A stretch of 38,619 nt of DNA from assembly GCA_030538515.1 (NCBI GenBank), contig JAUNTV010000002.1, positions 1-38,619 of the forward strand, in the 5' to 3' direction. A model generated the notes under the pieces. The model saw only the letters and a list, made by a program, of their open reading frames with translations, had not been told where the DNA came from and did not search any database. Position numbers and translations under genes: made by a program. Source of the stretch: Paracoccus sp. (in: a-proteobacteria). Lineage in GTDB: Bacteria > Pseudomonadota > Alphaproteobacteria > Rhodobacterales > Rhodobacteraceae. Positions within the stretch are counted from its first letter, which is position 1. Each line of letters begins with the position of its first letter. Below are positions 16,773 to 25,741 of the stretch, piece by piece.

Positions 16773-18388
16773 CGTGCTTTCAGCCGCTCCGTATCGGCAT
16801 CCGTCCAGCTTGCCGGCGCGGTCAGCGCCACCCAGGGGCCGATATAGTCATGAGCGTAATAGGAATGTCCATGCCCCGAGGGCGCGCTGAGCGCGATGGC
16901 CATGTCAAGGACAAGCTGGAACTGCGTGACCACCGGGATGAAGCTGAGGCTTGGCGAGACGTCCTTGGCCGGGGGTTCGCGCATCCATGCCGGTGCCCGC
17001 CACAGCGCGCTTGGCTGATAGAACACGATGGGATCGCTGGAATATTGCAGGAAGATCAGCCGCATGCTGCCCCATCCGCCCGGTCCCCCGGCGGATTTGG
17101 TATGGCTGGCGAAGCGAAAGAGCCGCCCCTCGCCCACATCGGGGGCGACGAAAGGCGTGCCGGGATTGCGCGCGGCCATGGCCTCGTTCCAGCGCGCCGA
17201 GGGGAAGGGCGGGCCGGCCCAGAGGGCACCGTTGATCGGATCGTCCAGCAATGCCTCCATATCGGTGCCATACATCGAGGCCCATGCCCCGAGGCTGAGC
17301 CCGTGCATATAGATCCGCGGCCGGTTGTCGCGCGGCAGGCTGCGCCAGTGGCGGTGAATGGTCGAGACGAGGGCGCGGGCCTGTTCCAGCCCGGCGTCGG
17401 TCTCGATGATCAGCGCCAGCGGGGATTGCAGGTAAGAATATTGCACCGCGACCGAGGCGACATCGCCGCCATGCATATATTCCAGCGGGTCGAAACTGCC
17501 GGGGTCGAGCCAGCCGGTGCCGGTGGGCATGGCCACGATCAGAAGCTTGCGGTCGAACCCGCCGATACGCTTGAGTTCCGCCAGCGCCAGATCGGCGCGT
17601 TCCTGCGCGGTTTCGGCCTCGGCCAGCCCGACATAGACGCGAAGGGGGCGGCGCGCCTCGCGCCCGATGAAATCGGAAATCGCCGCCGCATCAGGCCCCG
17701 AGGTCACGAAGTTCCGCCCCGGCTGCCCCATCGCACCCCAGTCGATCAGCGATGCGGAACTGCCCGGAACAAAGGGGTTTTCCGGCGGCGGGGGCGCATT
17801 TTCGAACAGGTCTTGCGCCAGCGTGTAGCTGCGGTCGAAAAAGCCGATCAGCCGGTCCACGATCCCGTCGCGCGAGATGATGAACAAAAGCACGCCCACG
17901 ATCAGAAGCCCGGCCAGATTGGCGCTGCGCGCGGGCATGAAGCGGTAAAGCCAGCGCCGGATGCGGTCGAAGAACATCTGGATCAGCGCGCCGAGCATGT
18001 AAAGCGCGGCGAAAACCAGTGCCGCCAGCGTCAGCACATGCAGCATGCGGATGGATTCCAGCGGCTCCATCCCCATGCGCGTGCGGATCGAATTCTGCCA
18101 GGGCACCTCATGCGCCATGGCATAGCCAAGCACCGCCAGGACCGGGATGGCCACCAGCATATGCCCGATCACGAAACCCCGCCCACGCAGGCGCGGCAGT
18201 GACATCTGCCGCCACAGGCTGAGCAGCAGCCGCCCGATCAGATAGCCAAGTGCCGCCACCACCCCGCCCAATATCCCCTGCAAGCCCGAGCCGCGCGGGA
18301 TCAGCGAGGGCGTGAACGAGGCGGCAAGAAACAAAAGCCCGAGCATCAAGGGTAGAAGCGAGATCCCCAGTGGCTTTTTCCAGTCCAT
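16688..18388 (-). CDS. Membrane-bound alpha/beta hydrolase (Abhydrolase_9/DUF2319 type)
   Basis: SFTPSLIPR, several TM helices, PTGTGW, QYSYLQS, HGLSLG, SDP, GHGHSY. Alternative start at 18415. The 1337 aa ORF is an upstream antisense extension. Confidence 0.85.
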   Translation of the reverse strand: MDWKKPLGISLLPLMLGLLFLAASFTPSLIPRGSGLQGILGGVVAALGYLIGRLLLSLWRQMSLPRLRGRGFVIGHMLVAIPVLAVLGYAMAHEVPWQNSIRTRMGMEPLESIRMLHVLTLAALVFAALYMLGALIQMFFDRIRRWLYRFMPARSANLAGLLIVGVLLFIISRDGIVDRLIGFFDRSYTLAQDLFENAPPPPENPFVPGSSASLIDWGAMGQPGRNFVTSGPDAAAISDFIGREARRPLRVYVGLAEAETAQERADLALAELKRIGGFDRKLLIVAMPTGTGWLDPGSFDPLEYMHGGDVASVAVQYSYLQSPLALIIETDAGLEQARALVSTIHRHWRSLPRDNRPRIYMHGLSLGAWASMYGTDMEALLDDPINGALWAGPPFPSARWNEAMAARNPGTPFVAPDVGEGRLFRFASHTKSAGGPGGWGSMRLIFLQYSSDPIVFYQPSALWRAPAWMREPPAKDVSPSLSFIPVVTQFQLVLDMAIALSAPSGHGHSYYAHDYIGPWVALTAPASWTDADTERLKARCDGEKQQGCRNVADESSGWGFWAPPSP

Positions 18389-18565
18389 GTCGGCCCTGTT
18401 CCGTGATCGGTTCATGCTGCGCAGACTAACCGGAACGGCGGGGATGTGTAGGTGGCGCGGCGCGAAAAATCCCGAAAGAGGCCGCGTGCCGCCATGGCAT
18501 GGACCCGCGCCGGCCCGCATGCCATGATCCGGCCCGGAACACCCGCTACAGTCAGGGAGACGGGA

Positions 18566-19666
18566 ATGCTGCGTGAAAACGACCCGCTGCGCGGGCTTAT
18601 GGGCGTGGTGCTCTGGCTCATGCTGGTGGTGCTGGCGGGGTTTTTGATGATCATCGGCAAGGCGTTTCTGCTGCCGATCATCATTGCCGTGATTTCGGTC
18701 TATGTGCTGGTGGCGGCCAGCAATGCGCTTGCCCGGCTGCCATGGGTCGGGCGCGCGCCGGAATGGGCGCGGCGGCTGGCGGTGCTGCTTGGCTTCGTGG
18801 TTTTCGTCTTCTGGCTGGGGGGCGTGATGATGTCCACCGCCACGCAGGTCAGCGTCAAGATGCCGGAATATCAGCAGAATATCGACGCGATCTATAATGA
18901 CCTGACGGGGCTTCTGGATTTCGATGCCCGCCCCGATATCAACGAGATGCTGGAACGGATGCGCGCCGCCCTGCCCCTGCGCGAGATCGCGACGACGGTG
19001 CTTGGCTCGATCAGTTCGGCGGCGGGGCTGATCTTCATGGTGCTGGTCTATGCGGTGTTTCTGATGGGCGAGCGCGGCGGCTTCGCGCGCAAGATCGCGG
19101 TGGCCCTGCCAGGCGACAGGGCCGCGCGCACCCATCGCATCATCGCCGAGGTCAATGGCGCGATCGGTGAATATATCACCGTCAAGACGCTGGTGAACGC
19201 GATCCTGGGCGTGCTTTCCTTTGTGACCATGGCCGTTCTGGGTGTCGATTTCGCGCTGTTCTGGGCGGTGATGATCGCGCTGCTGAATTACATCCCCTAT
19301 ATCGGCTCGATGCTGGGGGTGGTCTTTCCGGTCATGCTCAGCATGGCGCAATTCGGCTCGGTCCAGAAGACGCTGATGGTCGCGGCGCTGCTGACCGCCG
19401 CGCAGATCTGGGTCGGCAATTCGCTGGAGCCGCGGATGGTCGGGCGGCGGGTGAACATGTCGCCCTTTGTGGTGCTGGTGGCGCTGGCGCTGTGGTCCTC
19501 GGTCTGGGGGGTGGCGGGGGCGATTCTGGCCATTCCGCTGACCGCCATCGCCGCGATCATCATGGCAAGCTTCGATTCGACCCGCCCCTTCGCCGTGCTT
19601 CTGGCCGAGAATGTCGAGCCGTTCGAGGCAGACAGCAGCGCCGCCCCCGCCGGTCAGCCCGAGTGA
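18566..19666 (+). CDS. AI-2E family transporter
   Basis: Multi-TM; LLNYIPYIGS, GNSLEPRMVGRRVNMSPFVVL, WGVAGAILAIPL; GGGAG RBS. Confidence 0.9.
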   Translation: MLRENDPLRGLMGVVLWLMLVVLAGFLMIIGKAFLLPIIIAVISVYVLVAASNALARLPWVGRAPEWARRLAVLLGFVVFVFWLGGVMMSTATQVSVKMPEYQQNIDAIYNDLTGLLDFDARPDINEMLERMRAALPLREIATTVLGSISSAAGLIFMVLVYAVFLMGERGGFARKIAVALPGDRAARTHRIIAEVNGAIGEYITVKTLVNAILGVLSFVTMAVLGVDFALFWAVMIALLNYIPYIGSMLGVVFPVMLSMAQFGSVQKTLMVAALLTAAQIWVGNSLEPRMVGRRVNMSPFVVLVALALWSSVWGVAGAILAIPLTAIAAIIMASFDSTRPFAVLLAENVEPFEADSSAAPAGQPE

Positions 19667-19735
19667 TCGTGCTTGCCCTGCGCGCGCGGATCGGGCAGCA
19701 AGGGCATCAGCAGCAGGTGAAAAGGAGTTGCGCGG

Positions 19736-20248
19736 ATGGGCACGTCGGGCTTCATGCTTGCCGCCGGGCTGGCCGCCCTGATCGGCGGGCTTCTGGCATT
19801 GATCAATCCGACCGGCACGGCGCTGGCTACCGTGACACTGGTGGCCTGGGCGCTGCTGGCGGTCGCCGCCTTGCAGGCATGGGCGGCATGGCGCGCGGTG
19901 ACGCAGGGCGCGCGTATCCGCGCCGGTATCATCGCCGGGGCGGCGGCGCTGATCGCGCTGTTTCTGTTCTTCGGGGACCTTGCCGCCAGCCGGCTTCTGC
20001 GCAGCCTGATCGTGCTGATGCTGCTGATCTCGGGCGGGGCGAAGATCTATGCCGCGCAATCCATGCAGGGTGATGAGAACATGCCCCTGGTGCTTGGCAC
20101 GGGCGCGATCTCTCTTGTGATGGGGCTGGTGCTGATGTTCGGCCTGAACCCCAATTTCGGCACGATCCTGGGGGTAGAGCTGCTGGCTTCCGGCCTTGGC
20201 CTGGTGCTGATCGCGCGCTACCGCAAAAAGCACGAGCCTGTCGCCTGA
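19736..20248 (+). CDS. HdeD/DUF308-family membrane protein
   Basis: About six short hydrophobic helices, ALINP, ILGVELLASG; AAGGAG RBS. Confidence 0.7.
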   Translation: MGTSGFMLAAGLAALIGGLLALINPTGTALATVTLVAWALLAVAALQAWAAWRAVTQGARIRAGIIAGAAALIALFLFFGDLAASRLLRSLIVLMLLISGGAKIYAAQSMQGDENMPLVLGTGAISLVMGLVLMFGLNPNFGTILGVELLASGLGLVLIARYRKKHEPVA

Positions 20249-20274
20249 GCGTTCGGGCGGGCAAAATCCGCGGC

Positions 20275-21699
20275 TCAGCAGGCCGCGATTTCGGCTGACA
20301 ATGCGCTGAGTTGCGTGCGGATGCGGGCGAAGCGGTTCAGGCGTGTCTTTGCCATGGCGCGTGCCTTGGTCGCGGGGGTGACGGGCCGGTGCGCGGGCGT
20401 GTCGGGCACGGGGCGGCCTTCGGCGGTCAGCGCCATATGGGCAAGGCCAAGGGCGGTGCTTTCGATCGCATCCGCCCGTGCCACCGGGCAGGGCAGCAGC
20501 CCGGCCAGGAAGTCCGTCAGATAATCGTTGCGCGCCAGCCCGCCGTCGATCGAAAGGCCCGTGACCGGCTGGCAGGTGTGGATGGCCAGAAGGGCCTCGG
20601 CGGTGCGCAGGGCGATGCCTTCCAGAAGCGCCTGCATCAGATCGGCGGGTCCGTGCTCCAGCCCCAGCCCGAACCACGCGCCCCGCGCCCCGCGCTGCCA
20701 ATGCGGGCAGGCCAGCCCGGCCAGGGCAGGCAGGAAGGCCAGCCCCCGGTCGATGGCGGCAGCCCCGGAGAAGCGGCCGATGGCGTGGAAATCGCTGAAA
20801 AGGCCAAGGGATTTCGCCCAGTCCACAGCCGCCGCCGCCGTGTAGACCGCGCCGTCAAGCGCGTAGCGCACAGGCTCGCCGGGCAGGTGCCAGGCGATGG
20901 TGGGCAGGGGGCCGGGCTGGTCGGGGCGGATCAGCGTTCCGGTCAGGCATTGCACGAAGGCGCCGGTTCCGAAGGTGGCCTTGGCATCGCCCGGCCTGCG
21001 GCAGCCATGGCCGTAAAGCGCCGCCTGCTGATCGGTGATGCTGACCACCAGCCGCGCGCCCTGTGCCGTCACGCCGAAGCGTCCCGCCGTGGGCGTGATC
21101 CGGGGCAGGCTGGCAGGGGGCACGCCGAAGATCCGGCACAGCGTATCATCCCATTGCCCGGTTCGTATATTCATCAAGGATGTGCGCGAGGCGGTGGCGA
21201 TGTCGGTCTCGAACCGGCCGGTCAGGCGGTCGCGGAAGAAGGCATCGGTGGTGCCCATGCGCAGATGCCCGGCACGGGCGAGCGGTGCCGCATCGGGGCA
21301 GTGGCGCATGATCCACCCCAGTTTCGAGGCCGAGAAATAGGGGTCGGGCGGCAGGCCCGCGCGGGATGTGACCTCATCGGCCATGCCGTCTTGTTCCAGC
21401 CGCGCGGTTTCGGGGGCGGTGCGGGCGTCCTGCCAGACGATGACCGGGGTTATCGGCCGCCCGTCGCGCCCGTCCCAGGCAAGGCAGCTTTCGCCCTGAT
21501 TGGCCAGTGCGACCAGATCGCAAGGGGTGGTAAGCGCGGCATTCACATTGGCCAGAAGCTCTGCCGGGTCATGTTCGACATGGCCGGGCGCGGGCAGGAT
21601 CTGGCGATGCGCGCGCTGCATGACCGGGCGCAGCGCGCCGCCATCGTAAAGCAGCGCGCGGGTCGAGGTCGTGCCCTGATCGATGGCCAGAACCTTCAT
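20275..21699 (-). CDS. FGGY-family kinase, glycerol kinase-like
   Basis: AIDQGTTSTR, VEHDP, ANQGES, WQDART, YFSASK, TASRT, DQQAAL, TFGTG, PHW...ARG, DGG. Confidence 0.88.
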   Translation of the reverse strand: MKVLAIDQGTTSTRALLYDGGALRPVMQRAHRQILPAPGHVEHDPAELLANVNAALTTPCDLVALANQGESCLAWDGRDGRPITPVIVWQDARTAPETARLEQDGMADEVTSRAGLPPDPYFSASKLGWIMRHCPDAAPLARAGHLRMGTTDAFFRDRLTGRFETDIATASRTSLMNIRTGQWDDTLCRIFGVPPASLPRITPTAGRFGVTAQGARLVVSITDQQAALYGHGCRRPGDAKATFGTGAFVQCLTGTLIRPDQPGPLPTIAWHLPGEPVRYALDGAVYTAAAAVDWAKSLGLFSDFHAIGRFSGAAAIDRGLAFLPALAGLACPHWQRGARGAWFGLGLEHGPADLMQALLEGIALRTAEALLAIHTCQPVTGLSIDGGLARNDYLTDFLAGLLPCPVARADAIESTALGLAHMALTAEGRPVPDTPAHRPVTPATKARAMAKTRLNRFARIRTQLSALSAEIAAC

Positions 21700-22913
21700 G
21701 CGCCCCTCAGCCTGAGGGTCAGGGGCTGTGGCCCCAGCCCGGCGGGCAGCGGCAGGGTGATGCGCCGCTCGGGCCGGGAATTGAGTCGCCTTTGCGCGAT
21801 GATCTGGCCGTTCTGATGCAGCTCCAGCAGGCCGCGCGCGGGTCGTGCCAGGCGCATCAGAAGCTGGCCCGCCCCACCGGGCGCGGGCGCATGGACAAGA
21901 TGCGGCAGGGCGTAGCGGATGGCGTCGCTTTCGATGGCCAGTGGCGCGGCAAGGGCCGGGTCGGGCAGCGCGCCTTGCAGGAAGGCGTGGATGGCCTGCG
22001 CGGCGCGCCGCCCCCCCGACCAGCAGGCCCCGGCGGTTTCGACCGGATGCAGCAGATTGCCGGCGGCGAAACAGCCGGCACGCCCCGCGATCCGCCCGAA
22101 ACTGTCGATCACCGGCCCGGTCGAGCGCGGATCGGTGGCGGTGCCCAGAAGCGCGGCCTCGGACCGGAAGGCACCGGTCAGCAGCACGCCGTCGCAGTCC
22201 AGAAGGGTCTTGGCCCCATGGGTTTGCAGCGTCACGGCGCTGACCCGCCCGCGCCCATGGATCGCGTCAAGCCGGGTGCCGGTCAGCACCGGCACGCCAA
22301 GCACGCGCGCCAGAAGGCCAAGCGGGTGCCGCGCGGTGATGCGGGGGCCGGGTTCGATCATGGCCACGGGGCGGATGCCGGCCTGCCGGCAGGTCAGAAG
22401 CGCCGAGAAGCTGACCAGTTCCGTACCAAGGATGACCGGGCGGCGAAACGGGATCTGGTGGTTCAGATGCACCATGGCTTGCAGCGCCCCGGTGGGGATG
22501 ACCCCGCCCGGCTTCTGGCCGCCGATCATGCGCTGGATGCGGCTGGATTCGCGGGTGCCGGTGGCCAGAAGCACGGCGCGGGCGTGCAGGCGCATGGTGC
22601 CTTCGGGGCGGCTCAGCAGCAGGTCGGGGCCGCTGCCAAGCGCCACGGCCGAGCAGCCGGTCCAGATATCGGCCCCCGCCTGTGTGGCGGCATCGGCCAA
22701 CCGCGCCGCATAGGCCCTGCCCGTCATGATGCGGTGGAATTCGCGCATGCCGAAGGGTGAGTGCGCGCAATGGCGCGGGATGCCGCCGGGCAGGCCCTCG
22801 CGTTCGATCACGATGACGCGGCCCGCCCCGAGCCGGCGCAGTTCCGCCGCCGCCGCCAGCCCTGCGGGGCCGGCACCGATAATGGCGATATCGGTATGGC
22901 TGTCAGCGGTCAT
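21696..22913 (-). CDS. NAD(P)/FAD-dependent oxidoreductase (pyridine nucleotide-disulfide family)
   Basis: IIGAGPAGL, GGIPRHCAH, LATGTRE, AAGNLLHPVETA; ATGA-type coupling to the kinase gene. Confidence 0.85.
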   Translation of the reverse strand: MTADSHTDIAIIGAGPAGLAAAAELRRLGAGRVIVIEREGLPGGIPRHCAHSPFGMREFHRIMTGRAYAARLADAATQAGADIWTGCSAVALGSGPDLLLSRPEGTMRLHARAVLLATGTRESSRIQRMIGGQKPGGVIPTGALQAMVHLNHQIPFRRPVILGTELVSFSALLTCRQAGIRPVAMIEPGPRITARHPLGLLARVLGVPVLTGTRLDAIHGRGRVSAVTLQTHGAKTLLDCDGVLLTGAFRSEAALLGTATDPRSTGPVIDSFGRIAGRAGCFAAGNLLHPVETAGACWSGGRRAAQAIHAFLQGALPDPALAAPLAIESDAIRYALPHLVHAPAPGGAGQLLMRLARPARGLLELHQNGQIIAQRRLNSRPERRITLPLPAGLGPQPLTLRLRGA

Positions 22914-24273
22914 CGCGGTCCCCGCAACTCATGGGCTGGGTGAAGCGGCCCCTTGTCATCCCGGTCAGCGCGGCCATGCAGCCGAAGCCCTGACAGCGGC
23001 CCATGGTGACGCGGGTGCGCCGCTTCAGTCCGGCAAGCGAATGCGCGGGCGCGGGGCCGGACAGCGCGGCCATGATCTCGCGGCGGGTGACCATCTCGCA
23101 ATGGCAGATGATGCCGCCATTGCCGGGGCCTTGCCAGTCGCGCGGGCCGGTCTCGGCCAGCACGGGCATCTGCGGCCAATGCCGGGGCACGCCCGCGTCC
23201 CCGCCCACCAGCCCCGCCACATGCCGCGCCAGCCCGAGCGCCGCCGACAGCCCGGTCGAGCGGATCCCCCCCACCGTCACCAGCCCCTGCGCCAGATCGG
23301 CGCGGATGCGGTAGCCCTTTTCCTCGGTCGCGGGGCGCAGGCCGGCATAGGCTGCGGTGACGTCATGCCCGGCAAGCGCGGGCAGCAGACGCGCGCCGGT
23401 CTCGCGCAGCGTGGCAAGGGTTTCGGGGATCAGCGTGGCATTGTCGCGATCGTCCTGTTCCTCGGCCGTGGGGCCGACCAGAAGATTGCCGAAAACCGTG
23501 CGACAGATCACGATGCCCTTGGTAACGGCGGTGGGAACGGGCAGCAGGATATGGCGCGCCAGCGCGGCGGCGGGCTTGTCGAACAGGATGAACTGGCCCT
23601 TGCGCGGGCGGATCTGAAACCAGCTTTGCCCGGTCAGGATGCGGTCGACATGATCGCCCCAAAGCCCGGCCGCATTGATGACGACAGCCGCCGTCGCCGG
23701 GCCCGCGGTGGTGTCGAGATGCCATGCCCCGGCGCGGCGTTCGGCGCGGGTAAGTTCGGCGCGCAGCCGCAGTTCCGCGCCATGGGCAATGGCCTGATAA
23801 AGATAGGCATGCCCCGCCGACCACGGATCGATCAGCGATTCGCCCGGCACGCGGAAACCGGCGCGCAGATGCGGGCTGAGCGCGGGTTCAAGCGCCAGAA
23901 GGGCGGCGCGGTCCATCGGCTCGGCATCGGTGATGCCATTGGCATGGGCCTGGGCGATCAGGCCGGGAAGTGCGGCCTCCTGCGTGTCGTCCCAGGCCAG
24001 GACAAGCGCGCCGGACCGGTCAAGCGGCAGGTCAAGCCGGGCGTGGATATCCTGATATTCGGCGTAACCGGCCCGGATGCAATCCAGTTCAAGCGAGCCC
24101 TCGGGCGCATCGAAACCGGTGTGCAGGATGGCGCTGTTCGCTTTCGAGGCCCCGTCCAGCACGTCATGCCCGCGTTCCAGAAGCAGCACCCGCGCCCCGT
24201 CGATGGCGAAGCGCCGCGCCAGCGCGCAGCCCACGATTCCGGCCCCGATGATCGCCAGATCGTAATCCGCCAA
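22903..24273 (-). CDS. FAD-dependent oxidoreductase (GlpA/LhgO-like) with C-terminal BFD-like [2Fe-2S] domain
   Basis: IIGAGIVG, SKANSAILHTG, NAAGLWGD, PRKGQF, YAGLRP, GIRSTGL, CHCEMVT...RTRVTMGRCQGFGC. Probable TTG start at 24273. Confidence 0.85.
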   Translation of the reverse strand: MADYDLAIIGAGIVGCALARRFAIDGARVLLLERGHDVLDGASKANSAILHTGFDAPEGSLELDCIRAGYAEYQDIHARLDLPLDRSGALVLAWDDTQEAALPGLIAQAHANGITDAEPMDRAALLALEPALSPHLRAGFRVPGESLIDPWSAGHAYLYQAIAHGAELRLRAELTRAERRAGAWHLDTTAGPATAAVVINAAGLWGDHVDRILTGQSWFQIRPRKGQFILFDKPAAALARHILLPVPTAVTKGIVICRTVFGNLLVGPTAEEQDDRDNATLIPETLATLRETGARLLPALAGHDVTAAYAGLRPATEEKGYRIRADLAQGLVTVGGIRSTGLSAALGLARHVAGLVGGDAGVPRHWPQMPVLAETGPRDWQGPGNGGIICHCEMVTRREIMAALSGPAPAHSLAGLKRRTRVTMGRCQGFGCMAALTGMTRGRFTQPMSCGDRDDR

Positions 24274-24321
24274 AGCCCGCCCCCTGCCTGCGATGATGCC
24301 TGCCCTGCCTATAGTCTGACC

Positions 24322-24398
24322 AATCGGGCAAATCACAAGGGGAAGATTGTGGATTCGGGCATGTGATCTTGAAAATAATTGAAAAATTTTCGTTGACA
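24322..24398. promoter_or_regulatory. AT-rich divergent promoter/operator region
   Basis: TCGGGCA repeated 31 bp apart, inverted ATCACA/TGTGAT (24332, 24362), palindrome GAAAAATTTTC (24381-24391), TTGACA at 24393. Confidence 0.5.
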
Positions 24399-24445
24399 TG
24401 GGCGTGGTCGCCGGATTGGCTCTGGGGAAAGGGACAGCGAAACGA

Positions 24446-25204
24446 ATGAAGCCGCGCGACAGACGCATGCAGATCGAAGCCGTGATCCGGGCCGCAGGAT
24501 CAGCCAGCGTCGATGACCTCGCCGCGCGATTCGGCGTCTCGACCGAGACCATCCGCCGCGATCTTGCCTGTCTGGCCGGGACCGGGCGGGTGCAGAAAGT
24601 GCATGGCGGCGCACGCAGCGCGCGGCTTCTCAGCGAACCGAGCATGGCGATCCGCACCGCGACGGCCAGTGATGAAAAGACCCGGATGGGGCGGCTTCTG
24701 GCCGATGAGATCGAGCCGGGGGCGACGATCTTCATCGATACCGGATCGACCACGCTGGCGGCGGCACCGGCACTGGCCGCGATCGCGGGGCTGACCGTCA
24801 TCACCAATTCCTGCCGTCTGGCCGAGGCGCTGGCGCATGCCGGCTCGGACGCGGCGGTCCATCTTCTGGGCGGGCGCTTCCGGGCGGATAACGCGCAGAC
24901 GGTCGGGCCTTCGGTTCTGGGCCAGATCGCCGATTATCAGGCCGATCACTGCGTGCTGACCGTGGCCGCCTTTGCGCCCGAAATCGGCGCCATGGATGCC
25001 TGCCACGATGAGGCGCAGATCGCGCGCGCCATGATGCAGGCGGCCCGCAATCTGATCGTTCTGGCCGACAGCAGCAAGCTGGACCGCCGCGCCGCCTTCA
25101 CCATCTGCCCGACGGCGCGTGTCGGGCTTCTGATCACCGATGACGCCATCCCGCCCCAGATCCGCGCCGATCTGGCCGCGCGGGGGCTGAGGGTCGCATG
25201 CTGA
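24446..25204 (+). CDS. DeoR/GlpR-family transcriptional regulator
   Basis: HTH FGVSTETIRRDL, KVHGGA, IFIDTGSTT, VITNS, LADSSK. Confidence 0.93.
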   Translation: MKPRDRRMQIEAVIRAAGSASVDDLAARFGVSTETIRRDLACLAGTGRVQKVHGGARSARLLSEPSMAIRTATASDEKTRMGRLLADEIEPGATIFIDTGSTTLAAAPALAAIAGLTVITNSCRLAEALAHAGSDAAVHLLGGRFRADNAQTVGPSVLGQIADYQADHCVLTVAAFAPEIGAMDACHDEAQIARAMMQAARNLIVLADSSKLDRRAAFTICPTARVGLLITDDAIPPQIRADLAARGLRVAC

Positions 25205-25228
25205 CCCCGAACAAGGAAGGATAGACCG

Positions 25229-25741
25229 ATGCCGGGCCTGATCCGTGGATATGTCCGCGCCGTTGACCGCGTAAGCGATTGGGCTGGCTGGCTTGCGGCC
25301 TCGCTGATCTTCGTGATGGTGGCGACGCTGCTTCTGGATGCGGTGACGCGCAATGTCATCAACGTGCCTGTGCACTGGGCGATCGAGCTGACGCAATTCA
25401 CGCTGGCCGCCTATTACTTCCTTGGCGGCCCCTTTACGCTGAAGAACAACGAGCATGTGCGCATGGATCTGCTTTACGCATCACTTTCCGAACGCGGAAA
25501 GGCGCGGATGGATCTGGTGACGGTCTGGTGCCTGATCTTCTATCTTGGCGTGCTGCTGACCGGCTCGATCAGCAGCCTGCGCTATGCCATCGCCACGGAT
25601 GAGCGGCGGTTTTCGATGTGGAACCCCTCGGTCATTCCGATCAAGGCGCTGATGACGGCCTGCCTTGTGCTGATGCTGCTTCAGGCTTTCGCGCTTGTGT
25701 TCAAGCATATCGCCACCCTGCGCGGGAGACCCATCCAATGA
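25229..25741 (+). CDS. TRAP transporter small permease (DctQ family)
   Basis: Four TM; W..EL.Q, HVRMDLLY, P.IPIK. Confidence 0.9.
   Translation: MPGLIRGYVRAVDRVSDWAGWLAASLIFVMVATLLLDAVTRNVINVPVHWAIELTQFTLAAYYFLGGPFTLKNNEHVRMDLLYASLSERGKARMDLVTVWCLIFYLGVLLTGSISSLRYAIATDERRFSMWNPSVIPIKALMTACLVLMLLQAFALVFKHIATLRGRPIQ

Noticed and set aside
18416-20701. N-terminal part of the 1337 aa ORF
   Set aside because: Mostly antisense to the AI-2E and HdeD genes, and out of frame within the kinase 3' end; no domain motifs.
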